Counted from the stretch's first letter, positions 51,945 through 62,786 are shown. The stretch is DNA of 64,000 bases from Leucoraja ocellata (GCA_036785375.1 JAWMAR010000053.1:4464001-4528000); one strand, 5' to 3'. Notes: generated by a model not told the origin, from the letters alone. Translations and numbers: made by a program.

Positions 51945-52920
51945 GTAAAACAACACACCAAGAAAGTGGGGCAAAACTAAACTTCCACAGGCACACAAAA
52001 CAGAGCACTGCTGAGCACCAATTATACAGATGGCTGATTTCACTCCTCGTTTTGTCTTCTTTTCAAAGATAGTTTTTACTCACATATTTCATACAAGCAT
52101 TTCGCAGAGCAATTGCTTGACTCTTACTTTTGCTTTGTTTTTGTGCTTTTATGTGTTTAATTAACAATATTCTTTAATATGTTACTATCAGTTTTAATTA
52201 ATTACCTCAATATTAATTGTCATTACATGTCTTCGAATATCAGTGGTATTTAAAAACTGTAATAATGTTTGAGAACTTTGACACAAAGCAAAGCTCCACC
52301 ATAGCTTTGTCTTCTGCCAAACCTGTCAGGGATGTTGTGGAAGCTAGGCTACAGGTCTATGCTGATTGAGACCTATTCATCATTTGGACCTCCTAGTCCA
52401 ACTCTCAGGTGCAGAGGGCCTGTGAGATCAGCCATCCACATCCAGAGCAGGTGAGTGCAGGTAGACAAGGATCCCACACATATATTATGTGACATGGATG
52501 AATATCCATGCTCTAGACTAAATCATTTCCCATTTCTTGCACTAATAATCAGCTTCCAGATCTAATGATCTTAATTTCAACATTAAAATCACAAGAATTA
52601 TTTTGTAAATTCTGGATAGATTAACAATTTATCGGTAATAAATGAGAGTTCTGCACTGAGGTACAATGGTTACCAAGAATTGGATTAAAACTGTTCCGAC
52701 CTTGTTTGACATTGGATCTGTGAGGGGTATATTTTTTCCATTCATTCTGTGCATTTTCAATGTGAAACACGGTTCCAGAAGTGAAGAGAAAATGTCTAAC
52801 TTCAATTCTTCACATTTTTGTGTTGGATTTTCTAAATATTATGACGTTATAAGACAAGCCTGTTTTGTGAAATTATTTTCAAATTTTAAAAACATTTCCA
52901 ATTATAAATAATTATAATGT

Positions 52921-53113
52921 GTAGGAAATAACTGCAGGTGCTGGTTTAATCCAAAGATAGACACAAAAAGCTGGAGTAACTCAACGGGTCAGACATCACT
53001 CTAGAGAAAAAGAAGAGGTGACATTTTGGGTCAAGAAGGGTCTAGATTCAAAATGTCACCTCTTCCTGTCATAGGTGGTGTCTGACCCGCTGAGATACTG
53101 CAGCCTTTTGTAC
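52921..53113. mobile_element. Fold-back (inverted) copy of the short Penelope-like element, 13-bp TSD
   Basis: ATAATTATAATGT at 52908-52920 and 53114-53126; the two halves are imperfect reverse complements. Confidence 0.7.
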
Positions 53114-53295
53114 ATAATTATAATGTTCTCTGAAATCTAGACGTCAGCTATTCCAGGTTGTACTAATCAATTTATTTTTCTATTTGTTTGTTTGTTTGTT
53201 TGTTTATTCTGTTGTCTATATTTGTTTGTTCATTCTTTTGCCTATATTTGTTTATCTTACCAAATACTCAATTTGAAAATTAATGATATTTGAAG

Positions 53296-53382
53296 AGCCT
53301 AAAATTGTCAAGAAGAAGGCTGAACCTGCACTTATCACTGTTTCAAGAACAGCCCAACTCATTCCAGAAAAGGCTAAAAAAG
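53296..53382 (+). CDS. ttn: Titin PEVK exon (EPKIVKKKAEPALITVSRTAQLIPEKAKK)
   Basis: tttgaag acceptor, gtacag donor, 87 nt. Confidence 0.82.
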
Positions 53383-53837
53383 GTACAGAACCAGCACTTA
53401 TGTGTGCTAAGAAAAAATGCTCTTTTTCTACTCTGAACTTCACCAGTGCTTGGCTGGCTTGTAGAAATTATTCTTTTGTTTACATGTCAGTAATGTTTTG
53501 TAAATGTGCACTTTTGTTGTCTTAAAATGTTTATTACATTTTTACCTTTATCACAAACAATATAATAGCTGCTTTTTTTTCAGAATGTACTTATTGATTA
53601 TATAAATCTCATCTCAAAGAACGCAATGAATGTATTCCAATGTGAAGGCCTAAGAAACAAATTGAATTAATCAACCTAATTAATTAATCATTTGGGAAAA
53701 TGATTAGAACTAAAAATATACAAAATTAAGATATTGATTGGCAGAACAGACTTAAGTATCTATATGTCCTTTTCCATGCCTGTAGAATTTCTTGGCATTT
53801 TTAGACATTTAGTGATGTTTATAGGTTTATAGGCAAG

Positions 53838-54108
53838 AAAAATGAAATGAAATGAAATGATTCAATTTATTGTCATTGTCAGTGTACAGTACAGAGACAA
53901 TGAAATGCATTTTTAGCATCTCCCTTGAAAGGGAGACACAGGGCGTCGCGGTGTGCCCGCGCCTGCCGCCGTACATTCCATTACAGGCAAAGGTGGGTGA
54001 AGTGTCTTGCCCAAGGACACAACGACAGTATGCACTCCAAGCGGGATTTGAACCGGCTACCTTCCGGTCGCCAGCCGAACTCTTAGCCCATTGTGCTATA
54101 CTGACGCC
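53838..54108 (-). mobile_element. tRNA-derived SINE with CORE-like segment
   Basis: Minus strand: A box TAGCACAATGG, B box GGTTCAAATCC, gtgtccttgggcaagacactt, 3' stem-loop, AATAAA, (cattt)n tail. Confidence 0.85.
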
Positions 54109-54226
54109 AATCATACTGTACTACATTCTTAAAACATTATATTTTATTGAATTCTGCTAAATCAATTTTTAAAAATATATTCCAAAATATACTTTTCAGA
54201 TGCTTACTAATTTTTCATTTATCAGC

Positions 54227-54296
54227 TTTAAAAAGAAAATCTTATTTAGCATTAATAAATTTTTTTATTAATGCTAAATAAGATTTTCTTTTTAAA
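54227..54296. repeat. Perfect 33-bp inverted repeat with 4-nt loop
   Basis: tttaaaaagaaaatcttatttagcattaataaa-tttt-tttattaatgctaaataagattttctttttaaa. Confidence 0.95.
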
Positions 54297-55644
54297 AAGA
54301 ATATGCAGTCTTTTTAAATGATTTAAAGACAGTTGAAAAAGCAGTTATATATATATATGTTGTGCTAATTGTTTTCTCTGTCTGTCATTTGGTGTAGCAT
54401 ATTTTCTGATTATGGGAAATATAGAATGAGAATGAAATAAAGGTAGAAATGTATCCATTTGTGCACTATTTCACTTTGGAAATTCACTTCCATTATCTTC
54501 AAACTAAATTTCAAAAGCATTAAATGAGTAATATATTTTAAATTCTTCTTTGTGCACAACTAGTGCACAACACCAGTGATTTCTGCTGGTGATTAATGTG
54601 ATTGAAAAATAGTAGTCTGTCTTGAAAAATTGGAAAGGCCTGCCTTGATACACGTGCTGCTTTGAACCTCAGAATTAAGTTGCATATTTCACTTTTTTTC
54701 CAAGTGAGGTGGGGGGGGGGGGGGGGATGATAGTGGGGTGACAGAGGAATCTTCTCTTAATAACCTACCTCGGAACGTCACATCTTTGGATTGCTATTCT
54801 TTTAGTGCTACCAGTGCAATGCTGGGATGTTTGTCTTAATCTGTATATTTGTAGTCGTGTATTTTATGTCTACCCTGTTGGTCTTATTATTGTGTTATTG
54901 TGCTTCAAAAATGTCTTAACACATTGTTAAAATGGAATACATGTACAGGTAAATGTATAAGTTTGAGAATTAACATACATTTTTTAAAGTAGATTTAAAG
55001 TAGGTAATGCCCCAAGCCACATTTCAAATGATTAATAAAAATAGCCATTGAGTCAAAAGAGACAATGTTTAATTTCAATAGAATTAAATTGAAAAGCAGA
55101 TGACTATTGGTAGAGTTACGAAGAAACCGATAGACTGCACATTGAAATCCAGTGCATGGTTCCGCTTTAAAACAGGGTATCAAAGTTTCATAAACTAAAA
55201 GGATTGGAAGAATAATCGTGAAATTGGGAGGCTGCAACTGTTGGGAAAGACTTCAGAAAAATTCGATCATTATATTCCATATTTCTGAAGGGTTTGATAA
55301 GGTAGATTCTGGGAAAATATTTATATTTATATTAGTAAGAGAATCAAACACTATATGATATGAATATGAAATAGTCACAAGGGTTGTTAACATGGTTGGT
55401 AAATTAGTGGTGTAGTGGATTGATGCAGATGGGATTAGGAGAGGAAAAGGTTAAAATATGGATAGGCGTCATAATAGAGGTGTGAGCCAAATTACCTTTC
55501 AGTTTTGTGAATTCTATATAAATTTGCTCTTTCATTTTGGGAGATACATATATCATTGTTACTATTGTGTTTTGTTGTTAAAGATCTTGAATGTAGCTTA
55601 GATTAGTTTGATTAATGTCTAACAATGTCTTTAAATGTTTGAAG

Positions 55645-55716
55645 TTGCCAGAAAACCTATGCCTGAAAAAGTTACTCCAACCACCTTTGCAGAACACAAG
55701 ATTATTTCAGTAAAAG
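55645..55716 (+). CDS. ttn: Titin PEVK exon (VARKPMPEKVTPTTFAEHKIISVK)
   Basis: tttgaag acceptor, gtactg donor, 72 nt. Confidence 0.78.
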
Positions 55717-56063
55717 GTACTGAAGTAACAGTTCCTTCATCTATATGATCATGCCACATGTGATACTGATAATAACCTCAATCTTTCATGGATTTCATTC
55801 AATAACTAGTGTATTCCATTTCCATGTTTTAACTCATTTCATCATGGTCTTTCCTGTTTCTTGCATTTTTATTGTTTTGGTGTTAGTCTTATCTGTGTGA
55901 CGTTTTGTCTATTTTATATTTTTATGTCTTGATATTTGTGTCCATTTTTATAAAAAAAATAACCTCATTTTATGTGGTAAAGTTTGTTGGTCTTATATTC
56001 TTTCCACCCAATTTTTAAACTTTGAACTAAAATTATGAAACTTTTTCCTCAAACTCTCTGAAG

Positions 56064-56558
56064 CTTTCGAGAAAGGTTTACATGAAGAAACTACAGAAGT
56101 TGACAAAATTACTTATTATGAAGAAATTATTGAGTCCAACAAAAGAATTCCATACAGAGGAACAAATCAGGTTGATGACATCATTTTACCCAAGGACAGT
56201 GTCGAGACCGATGAAGATATTTTAAGTGAGGAAATTATCAAAGTTGGTGAATCTGTTTTCTATGAGGAAAGTGCGGAGTCTGATGAATTGATTTTACTTG
56301 AAGACACTATTCAGGTGGACAAGATCATGTTCCCTGAAGAAATAATTGAAACTGATGAGAAGATTTTACATGAAGCTGATGAGATAATTTTAACTGATGA
56401 AGTTGTTAAGTCCACAGAGAAGATTTTACCTGATGAAGTTGTTGAAGTTGACAAGAAAATATTACCCAGTAGAATTATTGATGCTGATAAGAAGATTCCA
56501 CGTGAAAAACGCACTGAAGTTGCACCTCCAGTGAAGATGCAAATTATTACACAGAAAG
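56064..56558 (+). CDS. ttn: Titin acidic (E/D/I-rich) exon with 12-aa periodicity
   Basis: ctgaag acceptor, AAAG|gtatca donor, 495 nt open, in frame with ORF 56288. Confidence 0.85.
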
Positions 56559-57314
56559 GTATCAAATTATTTTATTAGAAGACTCTGTTTAAAAGCAGCT
56601 GCTGCATTTCACAATCAGTGGAAGTGAATAGGAAATGTTGAATGTTGATTTTTAAGGACGTTCCTTACAAGGCACGCAGCTTGTCGTAATAATTTTATGT
56701 CCAAGTTATCTAGTTGCCCTGGATCTCTTCTTTCTTGTCTTGATTTACATCTTATTGTTGACATTTATTATGGAGTACAAAAGTTTACAAGCTTAAGCAT
56801 TTTAGGAATGCTTCACAAAATGAATCTGTTAATGGGATCAAAGTACAGGTTCTCCAATTATTACTGGATATAAGGTTTCTTACCATCCCTCAGTAAAATG
56901 TGGATGTTGGCTTACAAAGGCCAAAATTGGATTAACCAGAGAAAAATGTGTAGGAAGTAAGATTCTATAGTACTTATCTTATTTCTTGCCCAAACAAGCT
57001 TATAATGATTGATGTAGATTTTTGGAGGATTTTTCATAGGCCACATTATTATAGATATATTTGTCATTTTTTAGCCATTATCTTTGCTGTGCATGAATAT
57101 TAAAACTATATAAATAATTAACACTCAATTGTTCCTTTTAAAATTTTCATTGCACGATTAAGAAATGGCCATTCAACTGACCTTTATTATCAATGTTCCA
57201 AAATTACTTTTATAACTGAGTATAGGACATGTCCAGTTACTTGGGGTTAATATTGTTCGTGATTTAGATCATATGGATAAAAACTAAACATTTGAACAAT
57301 AATATGTTTTGAAG

Positions 57315-57395
57315 TGACTACAGTTGCCGAGAAGATTGAACCTAAAGCTGATTTAGTAACTGCTCCAGTGAAACAAGATTTGGAACCAGAGGAAG
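57315..57395 (+). CDS. ttn: Titin PEVK exon (VTTVAEKIEPKADLVTAPVKQDLEPEE)
   Basis: tttgaag acceptor, gtatac donor, 81 nt. Confidence 0.85.
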
Positions 57396-57908
57396 GTATA
57401 CAAATGAGTGTCACTCATCATCTTGTATCATGTGAAAAATCCATCCAACATTCTACATTTCATCATATTTCCTCATTTGCTGTTGTTCATGCTTCTTTCA
57501 ATTCATCATTTCATTGCTGAATTAATGCTGCTTGTTCTTCTTAATTTTTCATGAACTTAACTGTCCCTCATTTTCATTTTACCACCAGGAGATATTTTTG
57601 CAATCTAATTAATAATAAAATGTAATCATAACTGAAAATATTAATTGATAATTTTGAAATTCAATCTATGTGATTGCTTCTTTGAAAATGTCAGGATGTT
57701 AGTTATCGGAGATATTTAATCAGGTGTATGACTTTAATGTGATTTAAATAGAAGGAAAATGAAACAGAATTATAATGTCATCCAATGGGATGCATACATT
57801 TTTTTTAATGTTATTATTAATAGGAGGATCCCATTTCACATAATACTGAATTTTAAGATTTGACTTTCAGGTTAATAAAATTGTTGTTTTTTATTTTCAA
57901 AATGACAG

Positions 57909-57977
57909 AAACTGAAGAAGTGCCTATTACTACACTTCCTATCGGTGCACCAGGACCAGTCAAGAGAACTCTTAAAG
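57909..57977 (+). CDS. ttn: Titin PEVK exon (ETEEVPITTLPIGAPGPVKRTLK); ancestral start probably 57903
   Basis: gacag acceptor, gtacaa donor, 69 nt. Confidence 0.7.
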
Positions 57978-58342
57978 GTACAATTTCTCAAACTTTATTG
58001 TATTTAAACTTAAAAATATTCAACATATACAATTTTTGTTCAATTTTGTGTGTAAAACTAAAATTATATAGATTTCCCCTGGATCCTAAATGTTGTGTAC
58101 TAGTTGTATCAAATTGTCTCTTCAGTCCATTGAAGTAGTTACAATTTATGTAACTTGTCTTGTGATTCTTTCTGTTAATGTGTTCACTTTGAAATGTTGT
58201 TGACTATGGAGAGATTTCATGGTCTGTTTTTATTTGGTGAACCAGTGTGGTTTGGAGACTGTTTTGATGTTAGACTATTCTTTTAGGAGATTGCAAAATT
58301 CTTTGTTAATTTGTCACTAAATTGAATATGAAACCTTTGTAG

Positions 58343-60784
58343 CCGCAGAACAACCCAAGTCATCTTTGAAACTAAAACCTGCAGTGCATATTCCAAAAGA
58401 AATAGAAGAAAGAGAAATTTCAATTTTGAAGAAACGTAGTAAGATTCCAGAGAAAGAGAAAGATGAAGAAGCAAGATTGCATATAGAAGATGGCAAAGAC
58501 GTAGGGTTAAAACTCAGGTCTACTGAAAGCCCTAAAGAATTTGAAGCTGATGAAGGTTATACCTTGCCAAAAACAACAGGTTTCATTTTACAAGAGATAG
58601 AAATAAAAAGAGAAGTAATTGTACAGGTGGTTGATGAGATTCATAAAATAGACAAAGATAAAGGGGAAATCTCCATTGTAAAAGATGAAGCTTTGAAAAT
58701 ATTACCAAAAATAACGAGTAAGGTAGCACTGAAGGAAGTGGATAAAGAACCAGTTGCACCATCTAAGAAACTCGATTATGTTTCCAGACAAGAGGAAAAA
58801 GCAGATAAGGTACAATTCAAAAAGTTTGAGATAACTCCTAAAAAAGAAGCTTTAAAAGAAAAACATGGTGTGTCAAAGAAACTGAATGAAATATGCATTG
58901 ATGAAAAAGAAACAGGCGAACAAATGATTCTGGAAAAGGTTGATGTTCCTAAAGCTGGAAAAAATGAAGAGAAATCCATGTTTGTAACTAGATCGGAAGC
59001 AGCTTCCGTAAAGATAGGAGATAGGGGGAAAAAATTAATAAGGCAGGCTGAAGTTCCTGATACAGAGAAGGAGAGGACCCCACCATTGACAAAGCCTAGT
59101 AAATTTTTTGTAGAAAAGGAAGAAGAAGAAAAGCATGAGACATTGAAAATAAGTAGAACACTTCCTCAGCCTGTTGGGGAGAAAACAGAAACACCTAATC
59201 TCACAAAAATTGGTATTCCCAAAATAAGAAGTGAACCATCTCCTAAAAAAGAAATATTGAAAGATATAGATTTTTTTCCAATTGAGGGAGTACCCAGGGA
59301 GATCGTTTTAGAAACACCTGCATCAAAACGAGTACCTGAATTCACTGCAGAAGAAATTGGTGTTCCTAAGACATTTCCCTGTGAAGAAAAAGATGATGAA
59401 ATTCCTTTAAGAATTAGTGAAGGGAAATTTCCTATTACAAAAGAAGAACGAGAAATGGTCCGCCAGAAAGATATTCGTTCAAGAGGAAAATCATTAGGTG
59501 AAAAAGAACCACAAAAGATTGACAAATTGACAAAAAAGCTTACAGCAGATTATAAAGATGAATCAGTTGCAGATACTAAAATTGACAAAAATAAAAAAAC
59601 AGTTTTACAGGAACAGGAGGAACTGCAGGATCGTTTAGAGCTGAAGAAAGTCCCATCAAAAAATATTCTGGTTGAAGAAAAGCTACAGAAAAAAACGGTG
59701 AAGAAAGTATTGACCCCAAGAGATACACCTGATATTCCACACCTTAAAACTGGAAAGGAAAATGTCCCAGTGTCGGAAGCAGAGAAAGATCATATTGAAA
59801 TAAAGAAGATCTCTTCAAAAGGTGTTGCTGTGGAAGAAAAGCCACAGAAAATACCAATGAAGAAAGTACTGACACCCAGAGATACGTCTGATAGTGTACA
59901 TTATAAAACTGGAAAGGAAAAAATTCCCGTTTTGAAAGATCAAGATCATATAGAATTTAAAAAGGTTCCCTCAAGGGAAGCTGCAGTAGAAGAAAAAACG
60001 CATCAAATACCAATCAAGAAAGTACTGACTCCCAGGGACTTGTCAGATACAGTACATTATAAATCTGGAAAGGGAAAAACTCCAGTGCCAGAAGCTGAGA
60101 AAGATCATATTGAAATTAAGAAGGTATCTTCGAAAGGTGTTGCTGTGGAAGAAAAGCATCACAAAATACCAATGAAGAAAGTACTGACTCCCAGAGATTT
60201 GCCTGATACAGTACATCAAAAAACTGGAAAGGAACATTTTTTAAAAGATGAAGGTCGTATAGAATTGAAGAAGGTTCCCTCAAAGGAAGCTGTGGCAGAA
60301 GAAAAGCCACAGAAAATACCAATGAAGAAAGTACATACTCCCAGGGATTTGTCTGATACAGTACAATATAAAACTGGAAAGAGAAAAACTCCACTTTTGG
60401 AAGATCAAAAAGATCATCTAGAATTGAAGAAGGTTCCCTCAAGGGAAGTTGCAGCTGAAGAAAAGCCACAGCAAATTCCTGTAAAGAAAATATTCACTCC
60501 CAGAGATGCCGCACATCTTAAAGCTGACAAAGAGAGTCCTACAGATAAAGAGCAGGAGATAGTACCGATGAAAAAACTTCCGTCTGAGAGAATATCATCA
60601 TCAGAAGACTATGAAATAGAATCAGAAGAAATGTCAATAGAGGAATTACAGGGCAAAGAAGACTGGGAATGGGAATTAACTGAAGAGGAGGAAGGTGGCT
60701 CATCAGCTGATTGGGAGTATGAAGATGATGAAGAATTGCATGAAGGTGCAGTTGAGACTCCTTCAAAGCCTTACAGACGACGAG
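58343..60784 (+). CDS. ttn: Titin giant K/E-rich exon (2442 nt, 814 aa)
   Basis: ctttgtag acceptor, CGAG|gtgaga donor, phase 1-1, fully open (ORF 58366..60816). Confidence 0.88.
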
Positions 60785-61428
60785 GTGAGAGGACTGCTGC
60801 ACACCCACCAAACTGATTTTTCATATCTTGTGCTTTGAAAAATGGATAAATGTTCCTTTATGTTGTGTGTGTTCATCTTTGTTAAACGTATTTGTTTCTC
60901 CTGGCAATGCGAGTTGTGTTTATGTGCATGATGTATTGTGGCTGTCATGTTAAATGTAAATTCATGTCTGTGGCTTATGTTTTGTCCACATAGTCTGATG
61001 GCTCCCAAGAATAAATTGTCTTAAATTGCTTTAATGTTGCTATTAACAGGATTATGAATTAATTAAATCATTTCATTATATTTTGTAAGGCAAAGACCGA
61101 TTACCATTCAAATCATATGGTTTTATATTTCTCTCATTCTAACCAAATACATCTTTTTCATGTTAATTCTCCTCTGGTTGCATGAATACACCTTCGTTTA
61201 GTATATTAAAAAAATGAAAGTATCATTTTTTATTATTTTTTTGTGTGGCATTTATAATTTCATACGTAATATATGTAATATATATTATATATGATATATT
61301 TTGCATTTAAATGCAATACACTTTTTTAGCCTCATCATTTTACGCTCTAATTATGAGAGAAAATTTACAATTATTGACTTGTGAGACAGTAATGATGCAC
61401 TGATAATTATGTTACAATCTCACTACAG

Positions 61429-61479
61429 ATGCTAAGGCACCAGCTGAAGAAGCCAGCAAGGGTAGAGGCTTATTACGAG
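61429..61479 (+). CDS. ttn: Titin late PEVK exon (DAKAPAEEASKGRGLLR)
   Basis: ctacag acceptor, gtgaga donor, 51 nt; resembles mammalian EAKAPKEEAAK. Confidence 0.88.
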
Positions 61480-62390
61480 GTGAGATGGGCTAAGTTGCAC
61501 TTAGTCACAATAAGAATACATGCCTGATTGTAAACATTCATATTTGTATCTCATGCACCACAAAACATCAAGTGCACATACTGTATTTGCAATACTGATT
61601 CAAAGTACAATATCGATAAATTCTAATGCTTTTCTGGGCACCCTATTTACATTTCATTTACATCCGAGTAAACAAAATTAATTACTCTGCTATATTAATG
61701 TTATTTTAAGAATTTAATGTCAAACCATTTGTTTGACCTTTCACTGACAAAGTGGCTGAGCAAACTGAATAGCAACTTGTTTAATTTTGCATGTACTGCC
61801 CCCCTATAACATGCCTGCAGCTCCATAATGTAACATGTGGAACGCAACTAACCCAACTTACTTGAGCATAAGTAATGTATTTGCGTACAGCTGCTGTATA
61901 TCGTTTGCAACTAAGGTTGATGGGGGAAGATTTTACCTAAAAGTAAGCAAAAAATTAATAGTATAATCCATGCTCATAATTAGATTGATAGTGAAATATT
62001 ATATTTGGTACTTTAATGCATGTGGCTTCCTCTTAATATGTGGAAAATGCAATGTTTTGGACTATACACAATTGTTACTATTCAAGATTACTCGGTAATA
62101 TCTGAATCCATGATTGCAAATCTATTCAAGCTGAAATTATAATGAATGTGTGTGATTCAAATCTTGCCATCTGAAATCATTATCGCATGATGGAATGCAT
62201 AGACTTTGAAGGGTGAGCTTGGTCCCATGTTAGCTAGTCAATTTCATTGCTCAGCTTACATCGTCATTGAATTTATCAACTGAAAGTGACACATTGCATC
62301 CAAATGTTAGGTTCAAATAAAATCCACTTCATAAGCATGCAAAAAAACCCAATAAAATCCATTATATTTATATTCAACTCTGAATTTTAG

Positions 62391-62786
62391 CGAGAAAGAC
62401 ACCATCACCTGGAGACGGAGACAAGAAGCCACTTAAACCAGGTGGAGGGAGGCCACCTTCAGAGGAACCGCCATTTGCAGGGTTCCAACTTAAAGCAGTC
62501 CCGCTGAAATTTGTCAAAGAGTTACAAGATATAGTGCTGGACGAAGCGGAGTCAGTAGGCGCCTCTGCTCTATTCGAATGCCTGATTTCACCATCAACAG
62601 CATTAACAACTTGGATGAAGGATGGGAGCACTATAAGAGAAGGTCCAAAACACAAATTCACCTCTGATGGCAAGGATAGAAAGTTGAATATCATTGATGT
62701 TCAGCTTTCAGATATGGGTGAATATACCTGCGTAGGCCACCTCGGCAAGCAAGAAAAGACGTCCACAGCAAAGCTAATTGTCAAAG
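62391..62786 (+). CDS. ttn: Titin exon, PEVK end plus first distal tandem Ig (I84)
   Basis: KTPSP...FQLKAVPLKFVKELQDI...FECLISPST...DGKDRKLNIIDVQLSD. Confidence 0.97.

Noticed and set aside
54030-54108. tRNA gene
   Set aside because: The A/B boxes belong to a SINE head followed by a CORE-like body and tail; no convincing full cloverleaf
55636-55644. Non-canonical AA acceptor for the 55645 exon
   Set aside because: The downstream tttgaag matches the family consensus acceptor, so no anomaly is needed
61480-62390. Internal (Cronos-type) titin promoter
   Set aside because: The known Cronos start lies further downstream in the distal I-band; no promoter evidence is readable here
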